Below are positions 1-8,792 of a stretch of DNA of 20,374 nucleotides, piece by piece. The notes below the pieces were generated by a model. The model ran no database searches. It saw only the letters and a list, made by a program, of their open reading frames with translations, and had not been told where the DNA came from. The DNA lies in the NCBI GenBank assembly GCA_018260615.1, contig JAGWDQ010000138.1, forward strand, positions 1 to 20,374, written 5' to 3'. Within the stretch, counting starts at the first letter, position 1. Every line of letters begins with the position of its first letter. Position numbers and translations under genes: made by a program. This stretch comes from Candidatus Altarchaeum sp. Lineage in GTDB: Archaea > Altiarchaeota > Altiarchaeia > Altiarchaeales > Altiarchaeaceae.

Positions 1-467
1 TAAATATTAAGATTGCCACAAAATATAAAAATCTATACTAAATTAACAATGCCAAGAATATTCCAAGTAAATAGTTATAAATTTGGACAACCAGTTATGA
101 AAATATATAAAATTTAAATTTAAAATTTGGTTTAAATTTTAAACCAATAATATTTATTATAGGGTTCATAAATTTATAATACAAAAAGTAAATAAATTCA
201 CTATATTAGACACGTTGTAAAATAACTTTTTCACATTAGAACTCCTTTAAATTTTATCTGTTTTCGCCTTTAAAATTTTTAATTTGCAACAACTATATTA
301 TTTTTTTTTCATTTTTTAATTTAATATCTTCAAATGCTAATTAAAAATGTTATAAATTATTTTAATCAACAATAAAAATAAGCATAAGAACGAAAAATAA
401 TAGCGAAGAACAACTACAAAATGCAACTTAATAAAATAGGAATCTAATAATTTATTAAATATTTAAA

Positions 468-1322
468 ATGATGACAAATATGTCTTTGATAAGGGAGGAT
501 GTGAAATTTGGGCTGAAAAAACTTTTTAAAATAATGGGAATCGACGTAAGGAGAGGCAAGAGACGCAGAAAACTTATGCTGAAAAGCCGGGTACCTGTTT
601 CGAAAATAAAAAGTTTGATGTGTAAGCGAGGTTTAGCTCTAAATGAGTCCGGTCGTCCGACTTGGTTCTACTCTGCCTATTATAGAGAAGATTCAGATCC
701 ACTTACCAACTATACACTCGATTTTATTTGTGAAGAAGTACCTAAAGAATCTAATATTTTAGTAACTGGATGTGGCACCGGTATTATGCTTTTCTACTTG
801 ATTGATCAAGGCTTTAAGAATGTCGAAGGTTTTGATTTTCTTGATAAATGTGTTTTGGTTGCGAACGATATCGCTAAGATGGGAAAATATAATACTAAAA
901 TTTGGCGGGACGATGGCTTTAATCCCTCTCTTCAAAAAAAGTATGACTTAATAACTGCAATGCATTGGGTTTTCTCTGCTTGGGCGGGTAATTATGGTAA
1001 TGATTGTGTCTCTATCCAGGAGGCAAAATCATTAGAGACGAGAGAGCGACTGCTTTTTGATTTCCTCTCTAAGTATTCTCCGCATCTTAATCCTGGGGGT
1101 ATGCTGATCGTTGAGCTTATTGATGCGGTGGCTGATTATAGACTGCCTTCTGATAGTCTATCTGGGATAGTAACAACGGTGTCTGACATTTATCCTGTAC
1201 GGCACACCCCCGATCAGGTTTCTAAGTGTGCTGAGCAGTGCGGCTTGAAGGTTGTTTCGTATAATATGTGCTATTCTTATGGGCATCAGCCCAGAACTAG
1301 TTATGTAATCAAGAAGTTATAA
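468..1322 (+). CDS. Class I SAM-dependent methyltransferase
   Basis: 284-aa ORF with glycine-rich motif I (ILVTGCGTG), post-I acidic motif (VEGFDF), YDLITAMH and LNPGGMLIVE. The start could be 468, 471 or 480. Confidence 0.8.
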   Translation: MMTNMSLIREDVKFGLKKLFKIMGIDVRRGKRRRKLMLKSRVPVSKIKSLMCKRGLALNESGRPTWFYSAYYREDSDPLTNYTLDFICEEVPKESNILVTGCGTGIMLFYLIDQGFKNVEGFDFLDKCVLVANDIAKMGKYNTKIWRDDGFNPSLQKKYDLITAMHWVFSAWAGNYGNDCVSIQEAKSLETRERLLFDFLSKYSPHLNPGGMLIVELIDAVADYRLPSDSLSGIVTTVSDIYPVRHTPDQVSKCAEQCGLKVVSYNMCYSYGHQPRTSYVIKKL

Positions 1323-1474
1323 TATTGTCTAATACCTATCTTTGAAAGTTATGAGATTTTGACTTTGATAAATTGATGAAATTGGTGGCAATAAAAAGAC
1401 ATAGTTTAAAGGTGTTTTTAGACGTTTTTCAAATAACTTTCAAACTTAAAAATAAGTATAAGAGCGAATCAACA

Positions 1475-1584
1475 GAGAGCGTTGAAAAAGTCCAAAATTA
1501 AGCAAAATTTTGGGTATCCAAAATTTTCCGCATAGCGGTTTTGAAAAACAAATTTGCACAAAAATAGGGTTTTTCAACACTCTC
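1475..1584. mobile_element. MITE (110 bp), DDE-type; IS1182/IS5-like ends suspected
   Basis: Left end GAGAGCGTTGAAAAA (1475-1489) matches the reverse complement of right end TTTTTCAACACTCTC (1570-1584) at 14/15. Flanked by direct repeat CAACA at 1470-1474 and 1585-1589. Internal hairpin AAAATTTTGG-GTAT-CCAAAATTTT (1504-1527). Confidence 0.8.
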
Positions 1585-1613
1585 CAACATAATAAAATAA
1601 AACTAAATCTTAC

Positions 1614-2753
1614 ATGGCTTGTAAAATGGAAAGAGAGTATAAAATATGCAATAGGTGTATTATGGATACATCAGATCATGATATCCAATTTGATGAAAAA
1701 GGGTTATGTAATCACTGCAAAAAATACGAAGAAAGAGTAGAAAAAGAACTTTATTATAAACATAAAGACGGAGAACAAAAACTCAATCAGTTGGTAAACC
1801 AAATCAAGGAGAAAGGAAAAAACAAGGAATACGATTGTATCATAGGAGTTAGCGGAGGAGTAGACAGCACATTTGTGGCATACATCGTTAAAAAGTTGGG
1901 CTTGCGACCGTTAGCGGTTCACTTAAACAATGGATGGAATTCAGAAATTTCAGAAAGGAATATAGAAAATACCTGCAAAGCACTTGATATTGATTTGTAT
2001 ACATCAGTCCCTGACTGGGAAGAATTTAAGGATTTGCAGTTGTCATTCCTGAAATCCTCTGTTTCAAATTCTGAAATACCCACGGATCATGCAATAATTG
2101 CATTTCTTTTCCAGGTTGCTTCAGAGAGGGGAATACCCTACATTATTAGGGGGCACAACATCGTAACCGAAGCAATACTTCCCAGCAGCTGGGGATATGA
2201 TAGTGGAGACCTGAAATTTATTAACGGCATTCACAACAAGTTCGGCAAAGTAAAATTAAAAACATTTCCTCATTATAATTTGATAGACATGTTTAATTAT
2301 ATTTTTATAAAAAAAATAAAATTCATTCCCATTTTAAACTATATTAAATATGACAAAAAAGAGGCCATGCGGATCATAGAAAAAGAACTTGGCTGGAGAT
2401 ATTACGGGGGAAAGCATTACGAATCCATATACACACGTTTCTTTCAGGGGTACATCCTTCCAAAAAAGTTCGGTATTGATAAAAGAAGGGCACATTTATC
2501 CACTTTAATATGTTCCGGTCAGATGACAAGAGATGAAGCGTTAGAGGAAATGAAAAAAGACCCTTATCCCACAGAGGAAATGATGAATGATGACAAAGAA
2601 TATGTCATAAAAAAACTCGGACTTACTGAAAAAGAGTTCGAAAAAATAATGTCTCTGCCTATTAAGACATTCACGGATTACCCCAATAACTATTTTTTAA
2701 TCAGTAAACGATGGCTTATTGTTAGATTGGCTAAAAAATTGAGATGGGCATGA
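1614..2753 (+). CDS. N-acetyl sugar amidotransferase (WbuX/WbpG/PseA-like), copy 1
   Basis: CNRCIMD...FDEKGLCNHC Cys cluster, PP-loop YDCIIGVSGGVDS, WRYYGGKHYES, GQMTRDEAL. The true start may be ATG 1626. Confidence 0.9.
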   Translation: MACKMEREYKICNRCIMDTSDHDIQFDEKGLCNHCKKYEERVEKELYYKHKDGEQKLNQLVNQIKEKGKNKEYDCIIGVSGGVDSTFVAYIVKKLGLRPLAVHLNNGWNSEISERNIENTCKALDIDLYTSVPDWEEFKDLQLSFLKSSVSNSEIPTDHAIIAFLFQVASERGIPYIIRGHNIVTEAILPSSWGYDSGDLKFINGIHNKFGKVKLKTFPHYNLIDMFNYIFIKKIKFIPILNYIKYDKKEAMRIIEKELGWRYYGGKHYESIYTRFFQGYILPKKFGIDKRRAHLSTLICSGQMTRDEALEEMKKDPYPTEEMMNDDKEYVIKKLGLTEKEFEKIMSLPIKTFTDYPNNYFLISKRWLIVRLAKKLRWA

Positions 2754-2807
2754 GTAGATTATATTAAAAGATAGATTGTACTAAAAAATAAAAATACCCA
2801 AACAAAA

Positions 2808-4559
2808 ATGGATGAGATATATGCGTGGATGAATTCTTGGTCAAACAAAAAAATCAAGAAAGATAAGAATTTCAAAGAACTGATTACTTACGAGGGAGTT
2901 TCTCTTTGGTGGTTTGCAGACAGGTGGCTCAGGGAAAATGATATGTATCTCACGAAATTGGTTTCCGTCCAGCAAATTATCAATTACTTGAATGATCCGA
3001 AAAACGAGATAAACAATAAAACTGGTGATGAAATAAACAGAGAACTATCTGAAAAATTCCTTAAAGATATAAATATAAACAAAATAAAATTAACGGCTAT
3101 CTATCATCTAATTAATTTAAAACAATATTTTAGATATTACTACTTAAAAATATTTAAAAGAAATTCTTTAATTGAAGAAAAGTTGGGTGGAAAAAAAATA
3201 TTAATCATTTCAGAAAGCGGGTGTTATAGAACAAAAATAGACCCGATAACTAAAAAAGAATCGAAAATAGATGAATACTTTGAACCAATAATAAAAGAAC
3301 TTAAAAGAAGGGATTATACCCTGAAAGTTATAGACGTTGATTTTACGCCAAAGATAAATTTAAATGACTTGCGTGAAAAAAATGCACCTTCGTGGGGGTT
3401 CTATGAGCAATACTTAAATAAAACAATATCTTTAAAGGTAAATTGTGAACGAAAAAAACTTGAAGAATTATGGAAAAAATTAAAGGTGAATAAAGAGTTT
3501 ATAAATTCTTTTGATTATGAAATTAAAAACAAAAAAATAAATATATACCCCTACCTTAAAGATTCTTTTAGTGCAATCTTCAAGTATAGATTTCCTGAAG
3601 CAGTAAAACGAATTGAAACAATAAAAAGAATGATTGAAATTGAAACCCCTGATTTAGTATTATTGCAAGGCGAAGCAGATTCCTTTGGGAGATGTGCTGT
3701 CACTGCGGCTAAACTGAGGGGCATTCCGGTGGTTGCAATACTACATGGTCTGCTTAGTCCATACAATTGTGCATATATGCATTCAAAAGATGATATTTCA
3801 TCAGAGGGAAGTATTAAATATACTTATTGCCCAATACCGGACAAAACCGCGGTTTACGGACCGTGTGACACAAAAACTTTAACTGAAATACATGCTTATC
3901 CTGAAGACAGCGTTATCGTTACAGGACAGCCAAGATATGACAGTTTAGCAAGAGCAAAAGAAATTTATAACAAAGAAAAAACATTTGAAAAGTTAAATTT
4001 AGATAAAAATAAAAGATTGATTGTTTGGGCAACGAATTCATATATTTTTAATGAATCCTCAAAGAAAGATATATATGCAGTATTTGATTCAATCAAAAAA
4101 ATTTCAGACGACTTCCAGCTAATCATTAAGAAACACCCGGGTTACTATATGGATGATTCAGTATATAATAAAATATATCAAGAAAAATTTGGTATTCACC
4201 CCCTAATTACAAAAGAGGCAGACACATCAGAACTCCTATATGCATCTGATTTAGTGATTATAGAAGACTCTACTGTGGGTATCGAAGCAATAATCTTAGG
4301 CAAACCAGTTATAAGAATAAACTTTTCTGGACACCAAGAGGTGATGCCTTATGTAAGCAGCGGTGCGGCTTTAGGGTGTTATAAAGAAGAAGATTTAATT
4401 ATTGATATAAAGAAGGCATTATATGATAAAGAAACAAAAGAAAAACTTAAAAACGCAAGAGAGAAATTCAGTTATGAATATGCGTATTTACCTGACGGAA
4501 AGGCAACAGAAAGAGTTTGTAATTTAATTGAAGAAATGATAAAAGAATCTAAAAAATGA
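2808..4559 (+). CDS. GT-B-like surface-polysaccharide protein (CDP-glycerol glycerophosphotransferase / sialyltransferase-like); candidate nonulosonate transferase
   Basis: 583 aa with C-terminal motifs ILHG, VIVTGQPRYD, IIKKHP and DSTVGIEAIILGKPV. Its stop overlaps the next start (ATGA). Confidence 0.6.
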   Translation: MDEIYAWMNSWSNKKIKKDKNFKELITYEGVSLWWFADRWLRENDMYLTKLVSVQQIINYLNDPKNEINNKTGDEINRELSEKFLKDININKIKLTAIYHLINLKQYFRYYYLKIFKRNSLIEEKLGGKKILIISESGCYRTKIDPITKKESKIDEYFEPIIKELKRRDYTLKVIDVDFTPKINLNDLREKNAPSWGFYEQYLNKTISLKVNCERKKLEELWKKLKVNKEFINSFDYEIKNKKINIYPYLKDSFSAIFKYRFPEAVKRIETIKRMIEIETPDLVLLQGEADSFGRCAVTAAKLRGIPVVAILHGLLSPYNCAYMHSKDDISSEGSIKYTYCPIPDKTAVYGPCDTKTLTEIHAYPEDSVIVTGQPRYDSLARAKEIYNKEKTFEKLNLDKNKRLIVWATNSYIFNESSKKDIYAVFDSIKKISDDFQLIIKKHPGYYMDDSVYNKIYQEKFGIHPLITKEADTSELLYASDLVIIEDSTVGIEAIILGKPVIRINFSGHQEVMPYVSSGAALGCYKEEDLIIDIKKALYDKETKEKLKNAREKFSYEYAYLPDGKATERVCNLIEEMIKESKK

Positions 4560-5602
4560 AAACCGCATTCAAAAATAAAAACATATTAATAACGGGGGGT
4601 GTTGGCTCAGTAGGAAAAGAAATAATAAATCAAATTTTAAAATTTGACCCTAAAATTGTGAGGATACTTGACATTGATGAATCCCGTGAATTTGAACTGG
4701 AGCATGATTTGGAACAAACATTAAGTGCAAATGATTTTGATAAATTAAGATTTTTCTTAGGAGATATAAGAGATAAAGAACGGTTGAAAAGAGCAATTGA
4801 AGATATTAATATTATCTTTCATACAGCAGCACTAAAGCATGTTCAGTCATGCGAATATAATCCATTTGAAGCAGTTAAAACCAATATTTTAGGTTTGCAA
4901 AATTTAATAAATGTTTCTATAGAGAATGAAGTTGAAAAAGTGATATTCACAAGCACTGACAAAGCAGCAAATCCAACAAATACGATGGGTGCAACCAAGT
5001 TACTGGGCGAACGACTGATGATTTCTGCAAATTATTACAAAGGAAAAAGGAAAACAATATTTTCATCTGTCAGGTTTGGTAATGTTTTGGGTTCAAGAGG
5101 TTCTGTAATCCCTTTGTGGATAAACCAGATAAAAAATGGCGGACCTGTTACGATGACAGATCTTACAATGACAAGATTTGTAATGTCTATGAAAAGGGCT
5201 GTTGAACTTTTATTTAAATCCACACAAATCGCAAAGGGAAGCGAAGTTTTTATATTCAAGATGCCTGCTATTCGATTAAATGATCTTGTTGAGGTTGTAA
5301 TAGAAGAAACTGCACCAAAATATAAATTTAATCCGAGGGACATTAAAATAAAAACAATTGGGCTTAAATCCGGTGAAAAATACTATGAAGAACTGATGAC
5401 AGAAGAAGAAGTAACACGGTCACTTGAAACGGAAGATATGTTTATCGTTTTTCCACAATTGAAAGAATTAGTAAATAAAGAATATTTCAGAGAACTTGGT
5501 GCAACTGAAGTTCACAGCAGCGATTATAATTCCCATAAAATGTCTCTTCTGAATAAAGAGGAAATTAAAAAAGTTCTTTATGAATCAAAAGCATTATCGT
5601 AA
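4556..5602 (+). CDS. UDP-GlcNAc 4,6-dehydratase family (Polysacc_synt_2; PseB/CapD/Pen-like)
   Basis: ITGGVGSVG, GDIRD, AALKHV, STDKAANPTNTMGATK, RFGNVLGSRGSVIP, TRF, GEKYYEEL. Confidence 0.9.
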   Translation: MKTAFKNKNILITGGVGSVGKEIINQILKFDPKIVRILDIDESREFELEHDLEQTLSANDFDKLRFFLGDIRDKERLKRAIEDINIIFHTAALKHVQSCEYNPFEAVKTNILGLQNLINVSIENEVEKVIFTSTDKAANPTNTMGATKLLGERLMISANYYKGKRKTIFSSVRFGNVLGSRGSVIPLWINQIKNGGPVTMTDLTMTRFVMSMKRAVELLFKSTQIAKGSEVFIFKMPAIRLNDLVEVVIEETAPKYKFNPRDIKIKTIGLKSGEKYYEELMTEEEVTRSLETEDMFIVFPQLKELVNKEYFRELGATEVHSSDYNSHKMSLLNKEEIKKVLYESKALS

Positions 5603-6013
5603 ATGATGTACAAAAAACTGAACAGGAAAAAACATATTCGTGAAGACGGATGGCTTTCCGAACTTGTTTCAATGAACTATGATGATGAGCCGTTTAATTG
5701 CGTTCACTCTTATTTGGTCTCAATTGAGCCAGATAAAACAAGAGCAAAACATTACCATAATAAAAAAGAAGAATGGCTGTGCATCTGCTCCGAAAAAATT
5801 GAATTAATACTTGAAGATGTTAAGACAAAAAAGAGAGAAACGCTCGTTTTGGATTCAAATTCAGAGAATTATAATATAATTTATATTCCTCCTGGTGTGG
5901 CGCATGCAATCAAGAATATATGTGAAAATAAAGCAAGCGTTGTTATTTTCAGCAAAAACCCTGAGGATACCAACGATACATTTGAATACGAATTTAATTT
6001 GATTAAAATTTAA
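5603..6013 (+). CDS. Cupin-fold NDP-sugar epimerase/isomerase (WxcM/FdtA/CapF-cupin-like)
   Basis: 136 aa with cupin motifs RAKHYHNKKEEWL and IYIPPGVAHAIKN. Begins immediately after the dehydratase stop. Confidence 0.8.
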   Translation: MMYKKLNRKKHIREDGWLSELVSMNYDDEPFNCVHSYLVSIEPDKTRAKHYHNKKEEWLCICSEKIELILEDVKTKKRETLVLDSNSENYNIIYIPPGVAHAIKNICENKASVVIFSKNPEDTNDTFEYEFNLIKI

Positions 6014-6071
6014 TTTTTAATTGTCATAATTATTTAATTTAATGTACATTTAACATTCCCAATTAACTAAG

Positions 6072-6851
6072 ATGAAAGCAGTTATCCTTGCAGGAGGATT
6101 TGGAACGCGATTAAGCGAAGAAACTGATTTAAAACCAAAACCGATGGTAGAAATCGGAGGAAAGCCAATCTTATGGCATATAATGAAAATTTATTCATTT
6201 TATGGCATTAATGATTTTGTGATATGTTTAGGATATAAAGGATACATGATAAAAGAATGGTTTGCAAATTATTTCATGCATAATTCAGATGTAACTATAA
6301 AAATTAAGACAAATGAAAAGATTGTCCATAACACGCCAACAGAAGATTGGACAGTTTCTTTAATAGATACAGGATTAAATACCCAGACTGGAGGAAGGTT
6401 AAAAAGAGTGAAAGATTATATCGGTGATGAAACATTCATGTTTACTTATGGTGATGGTATCGCAGACATAAATATCTATGAATTACTTAAATTTCATAAA
6501 AACCACGGAAATCCTGCTCTCGCAACAATGACCGCGGTTCAACCACCGGGAAGATTTGGTTCAGTTGAAGTGAATGAAGATAGAGTTACTGAATTTCATG
6601 AAAAACCTTTAGGAGATAATGCGTGGATAAATGGCGGATTTTTTGTACTTGAACCAGAAGTTATTAATTATATTAAAAATGATGAAACCTTTTGGGAAAG
6701 AGAACCATTAGAAAATTTAGCAAAGGAAGGGCAATTAATGGCTTACAAACATAAAGGGTTCTGGAAGCCAATGGATACTTTAAGAGATAATAGAGAATTA
6801 AATACATTATGGGAATCAAAAAAAGCATTATGGAAAATATGGAACGATTAG
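6072..6851 (+). CDS. rfbF: Glucose-1-phosphate cytidylyltransferase
   Basis: MKAVILAGGFGTRLSEET, KPMVEIGGKPILWHIMK, TQTGGRLKR, FMFTYGDG, WINGGFFV, GFWKPMDTLRD. Confidence 0.96.
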   Translation: MKAVILAGGFGTRLSEETDLKPKPMVEIGGKPILWHIMKIYSFYGINDFVICLGYKGYMIKEWFANYFMHNSDVTIKIKTNEKIVHNTPTEDWTVSLIDTGLNTQTGGRLKRVKDYIGDETFMFTYGDGIADINIYELLKFHKNHGNPALATMTAVQPPGRFGSVEVNEDRVTEFHEKPLGDNAWINGGFFVLEPEVINYIKNDETFWEREPLENLAKEGQLMAYKHKGFWKPMDTLRDNRELNTLWESKKALWKIWND

Positions 6852-7810
6852 ATTTCTGGAAAGGAAAGAATGTTTTAGTTACCGGAGGAAACGGGTTGGT
6901 AGGTTCGCACGTAGTTGAAGAATTACTTAAAAATAATGCGAATATTATTTCAACTATCAGATCTAAAAATCCAAAATCATATTTTATTACAGAAAACTTA
7001 AATAAAAGAACAATATTGGCATATTGTGATTTAAAGGATTTTAAAAGAATTCATGATGTAATCTCAAAATATGAAATTGAATACATATTTCATATAGGTG
7101 CGCAACCCATTGTGCCTACAGCATTAATAAACCCAGTTGAAACCTTTGAAACAAATATAAACGGGACCATAAATATATTAGAATCTGCAAGATTGTGTAA
7201 TTCGGTGAAAGGAATTGTTGTGGCATCATCGGATAAAGCTTATGGGAAATCAGATAAACTACCTTACACTGAAGAAATGCCATTAAAAGGAGATTTTCCT
7301 TATGATGTTTCCAAATCGTGCACGGATTTAGTGACTCATAGTTATTTTAAAACATACGACCTTCCAATAACAATTGCGCGCTTTGGAAATATTTATGGCC
7401 CTGGGGATTTAAATCTTAACAGAATAATTCCGGGGGCAATAAAATCAGCACTCATGGATGAAACATTAGATATAAGAAGTGACGGAAAAATGATAAGGGA
7501 ATATTTATATGTTAAGGATGTTGCTGACGGATACTTAATGCTGTGTGAAAATATAAATAAATCAAAAGGTAAAGCATTTAACTTATCAAGCGGATTAAAG
7601 TTAAGTGTTATAGAAGTTATTGAAAGGATTTCAAAAATAATTAATAAAAAAATAAATTATAAAGTATTAAACATTGCAAAAAATGAAATTTACGAACAAT
7701 ACCTTTCAACAGAAAAAGTTGAGAAATTTTTTGGCTGGAAAACAAAATATTCATTTGAAGACGGAATAAAGGAAACAATTAAATGGTATGAAAAAATATT
7801 AATAAAATAA
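6830..7810 (+). CDS. CDP-glucose 4,6-dehydratase-like SDR (RfbG / Bacillus YfnG type)
   Basis: FWKGKNVLVTGGNGLVGS, FHIGAQPIV, VASSDKAYG, YDVSKSC, RFGNIYGPGDLNLNRIIP, IRSDG. Follows rfbF directly. ORF track starts at 6809; ATG 6830 or 6839 is more likely. Confidence 0.85.
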   Translation: MENMERLDFWKGKNVLVTGGNGLVGSHVVEELLKNNANIISTIRSKNPKSYFITENLNKRTILAYCDLKDFKRIHDVISKYEIEYIFHIGAQPIVPTALINPVETFETNINGTINILESARLCNSVKGIVVASSDKAYGKSDKLPYTEEMPLKGDFPYDVSKSCTDLVTHSYFKTYDLPITIARFGNIYGPGDLNLNRIIPGAIKSALMDETLDIRSDGKMIREYLYVKDVADGYLMLCENINKSKGKAFNLSSGLKLSVIEVIERISKIINKKINYKVLNIAKNEIYEQYLSTEKVEKFFGWKTKYSFEDGIKETIKWYEKILIK

Positions 7811-7826
7811 TGTTAGTTGGCAAAAC

Positions 7827-8792
7827 ATGAACAATCTGAAAGAGGTAAGAGTGTTAGTTACTGGTGCAGGCGGCTTTATTGGTTCACATCTGACAAGAAG
7901 ATTAGTAAATGAAGGGGCAATGGTTTCAGCTTTTGAAATATCTAAACGAGATAATATCAACGATTTGATTGATAAAATTGATTTTTATAACATAAACTTG
8001 TGTGACTTTGAATCTGTCCGTAATACTATAAAAAATATTCAACCGGAAGTAATTTATCATCTTGCTGGAGTTGTAGATGTTAAACGTTCTTTTTTAGATA
8101 TTGATAGAATAATATCAGCAAATATTCAGGGAACTGCAAATTTGTTACATGCTCTTGAGGGAATAAATTATGATTGTTTTATCAATACAGGAACTTGTGA
8201 GGAGTACGGTGATAACCCGGCACCATTCGTTGAAGAACAAATGCCAAATCCAGTTTCTCCATATTCCGCCTCAAAAGTTTGGGCAACGTTCTTTTGTAAA
8301 ATGTTATATAAAACACTTGGCTGTCCGATTATCACTCTAAGACCATTCTTAACTTATGGCCCTTATCAATTTTCTAATATGCTCATTCCAAGTACAATCA
8401 TTTCTGCGCTGTTCAAAAAGGAGTTTAAGCTGAGTAAAGGAGAACAAACTCGAGAGTTTAATTACGTAAGTGATATTGTTGATGGGTTTATAAAAGCATC
8501 TTTAGCAAAAAAAGCAATTGGCGAGATAATTAATATCGGAAATGGCAAAGAGTACAGAATTAAAGATGTTGTGATTAAGATACTTGATATTATGGGCAAT
8601 CCAATAGAACCAGTTATCGGGGCTTTGCCTTACCGGCCAGGAGAAACAAACCATTTTTATTGCGATAACACAAAAGCAGGGGAATTGATAGGGTGGGAAT
8701 CCAAGATAGACCTTGATACTGGGCTCAAATTAACTATTGAATGGTACACGAAAGAATTTAAAAAAGGAAACCTTGAAAAATGGATGAAGTAA
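7827..8792 (+). CDS. NAD-dependent epimerase/reductase (SDR); candidate CDP-4-keto-3,6-dideoxyhexose reductase (RfbJ/RfbS-like)
   Basis: TGAGGFIGSHL, FINTGTCEEYG, YSASK, LRPFLTYGP. Lies between the rfbG-like gene and rfbH. Specific activity is inferred from context. Confidence 0.75.
   Translation: MNNLKEVRVLVTGAGGFIGSHLTRRLVNEGAMVSAFEISKRDNINDLIDKIDFYNINLCDFESVRNTIKNIQPEVIYHLAGVVDVKRSFLDIDRIISANIQGTANLLHALEGINYDCFINTGTCEEYGDNPAPFVEEQMPNPVSPYSASKVWATFFCKMLYKTLGCPIITLRPFLTYGPYQFSNMLIPSTIISALFKKEFKLSKGEQTREFNYVSDIVDGFIKASLAKKAIGEIINIGNGKEYRIKDVVIKILDIMGNPIEPVIGALPYRPGETNHFYCDNTKAGELIGWESKIDLDTGLKLTIEWYTKEFKKGNLEKWMK

Noticed and set aside
3-41. Possible C-terminal tail of an upstream glycosyltransferase (NIKIATKYKNLY*)
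   Set aside because: It resembles GT4 endings, but 12 codons at the window edge are too few to support a call.
1510-1740. 76-aa ORF from the track
   Set aside because: It starts at a TTG inside the MITE and overlaps the amidotransferase out of frame, with no recognisable domain.
4556-6013. CapE-CapF-CapG (WbjBCD) L-FucNAc pathway
   Set aside because: No 2-epimerase and no CapF reductase domain are in the window, and the Pal-like gene with pseC and pseI explains the dehydratase better. Not fully excluded without a phylogeny.
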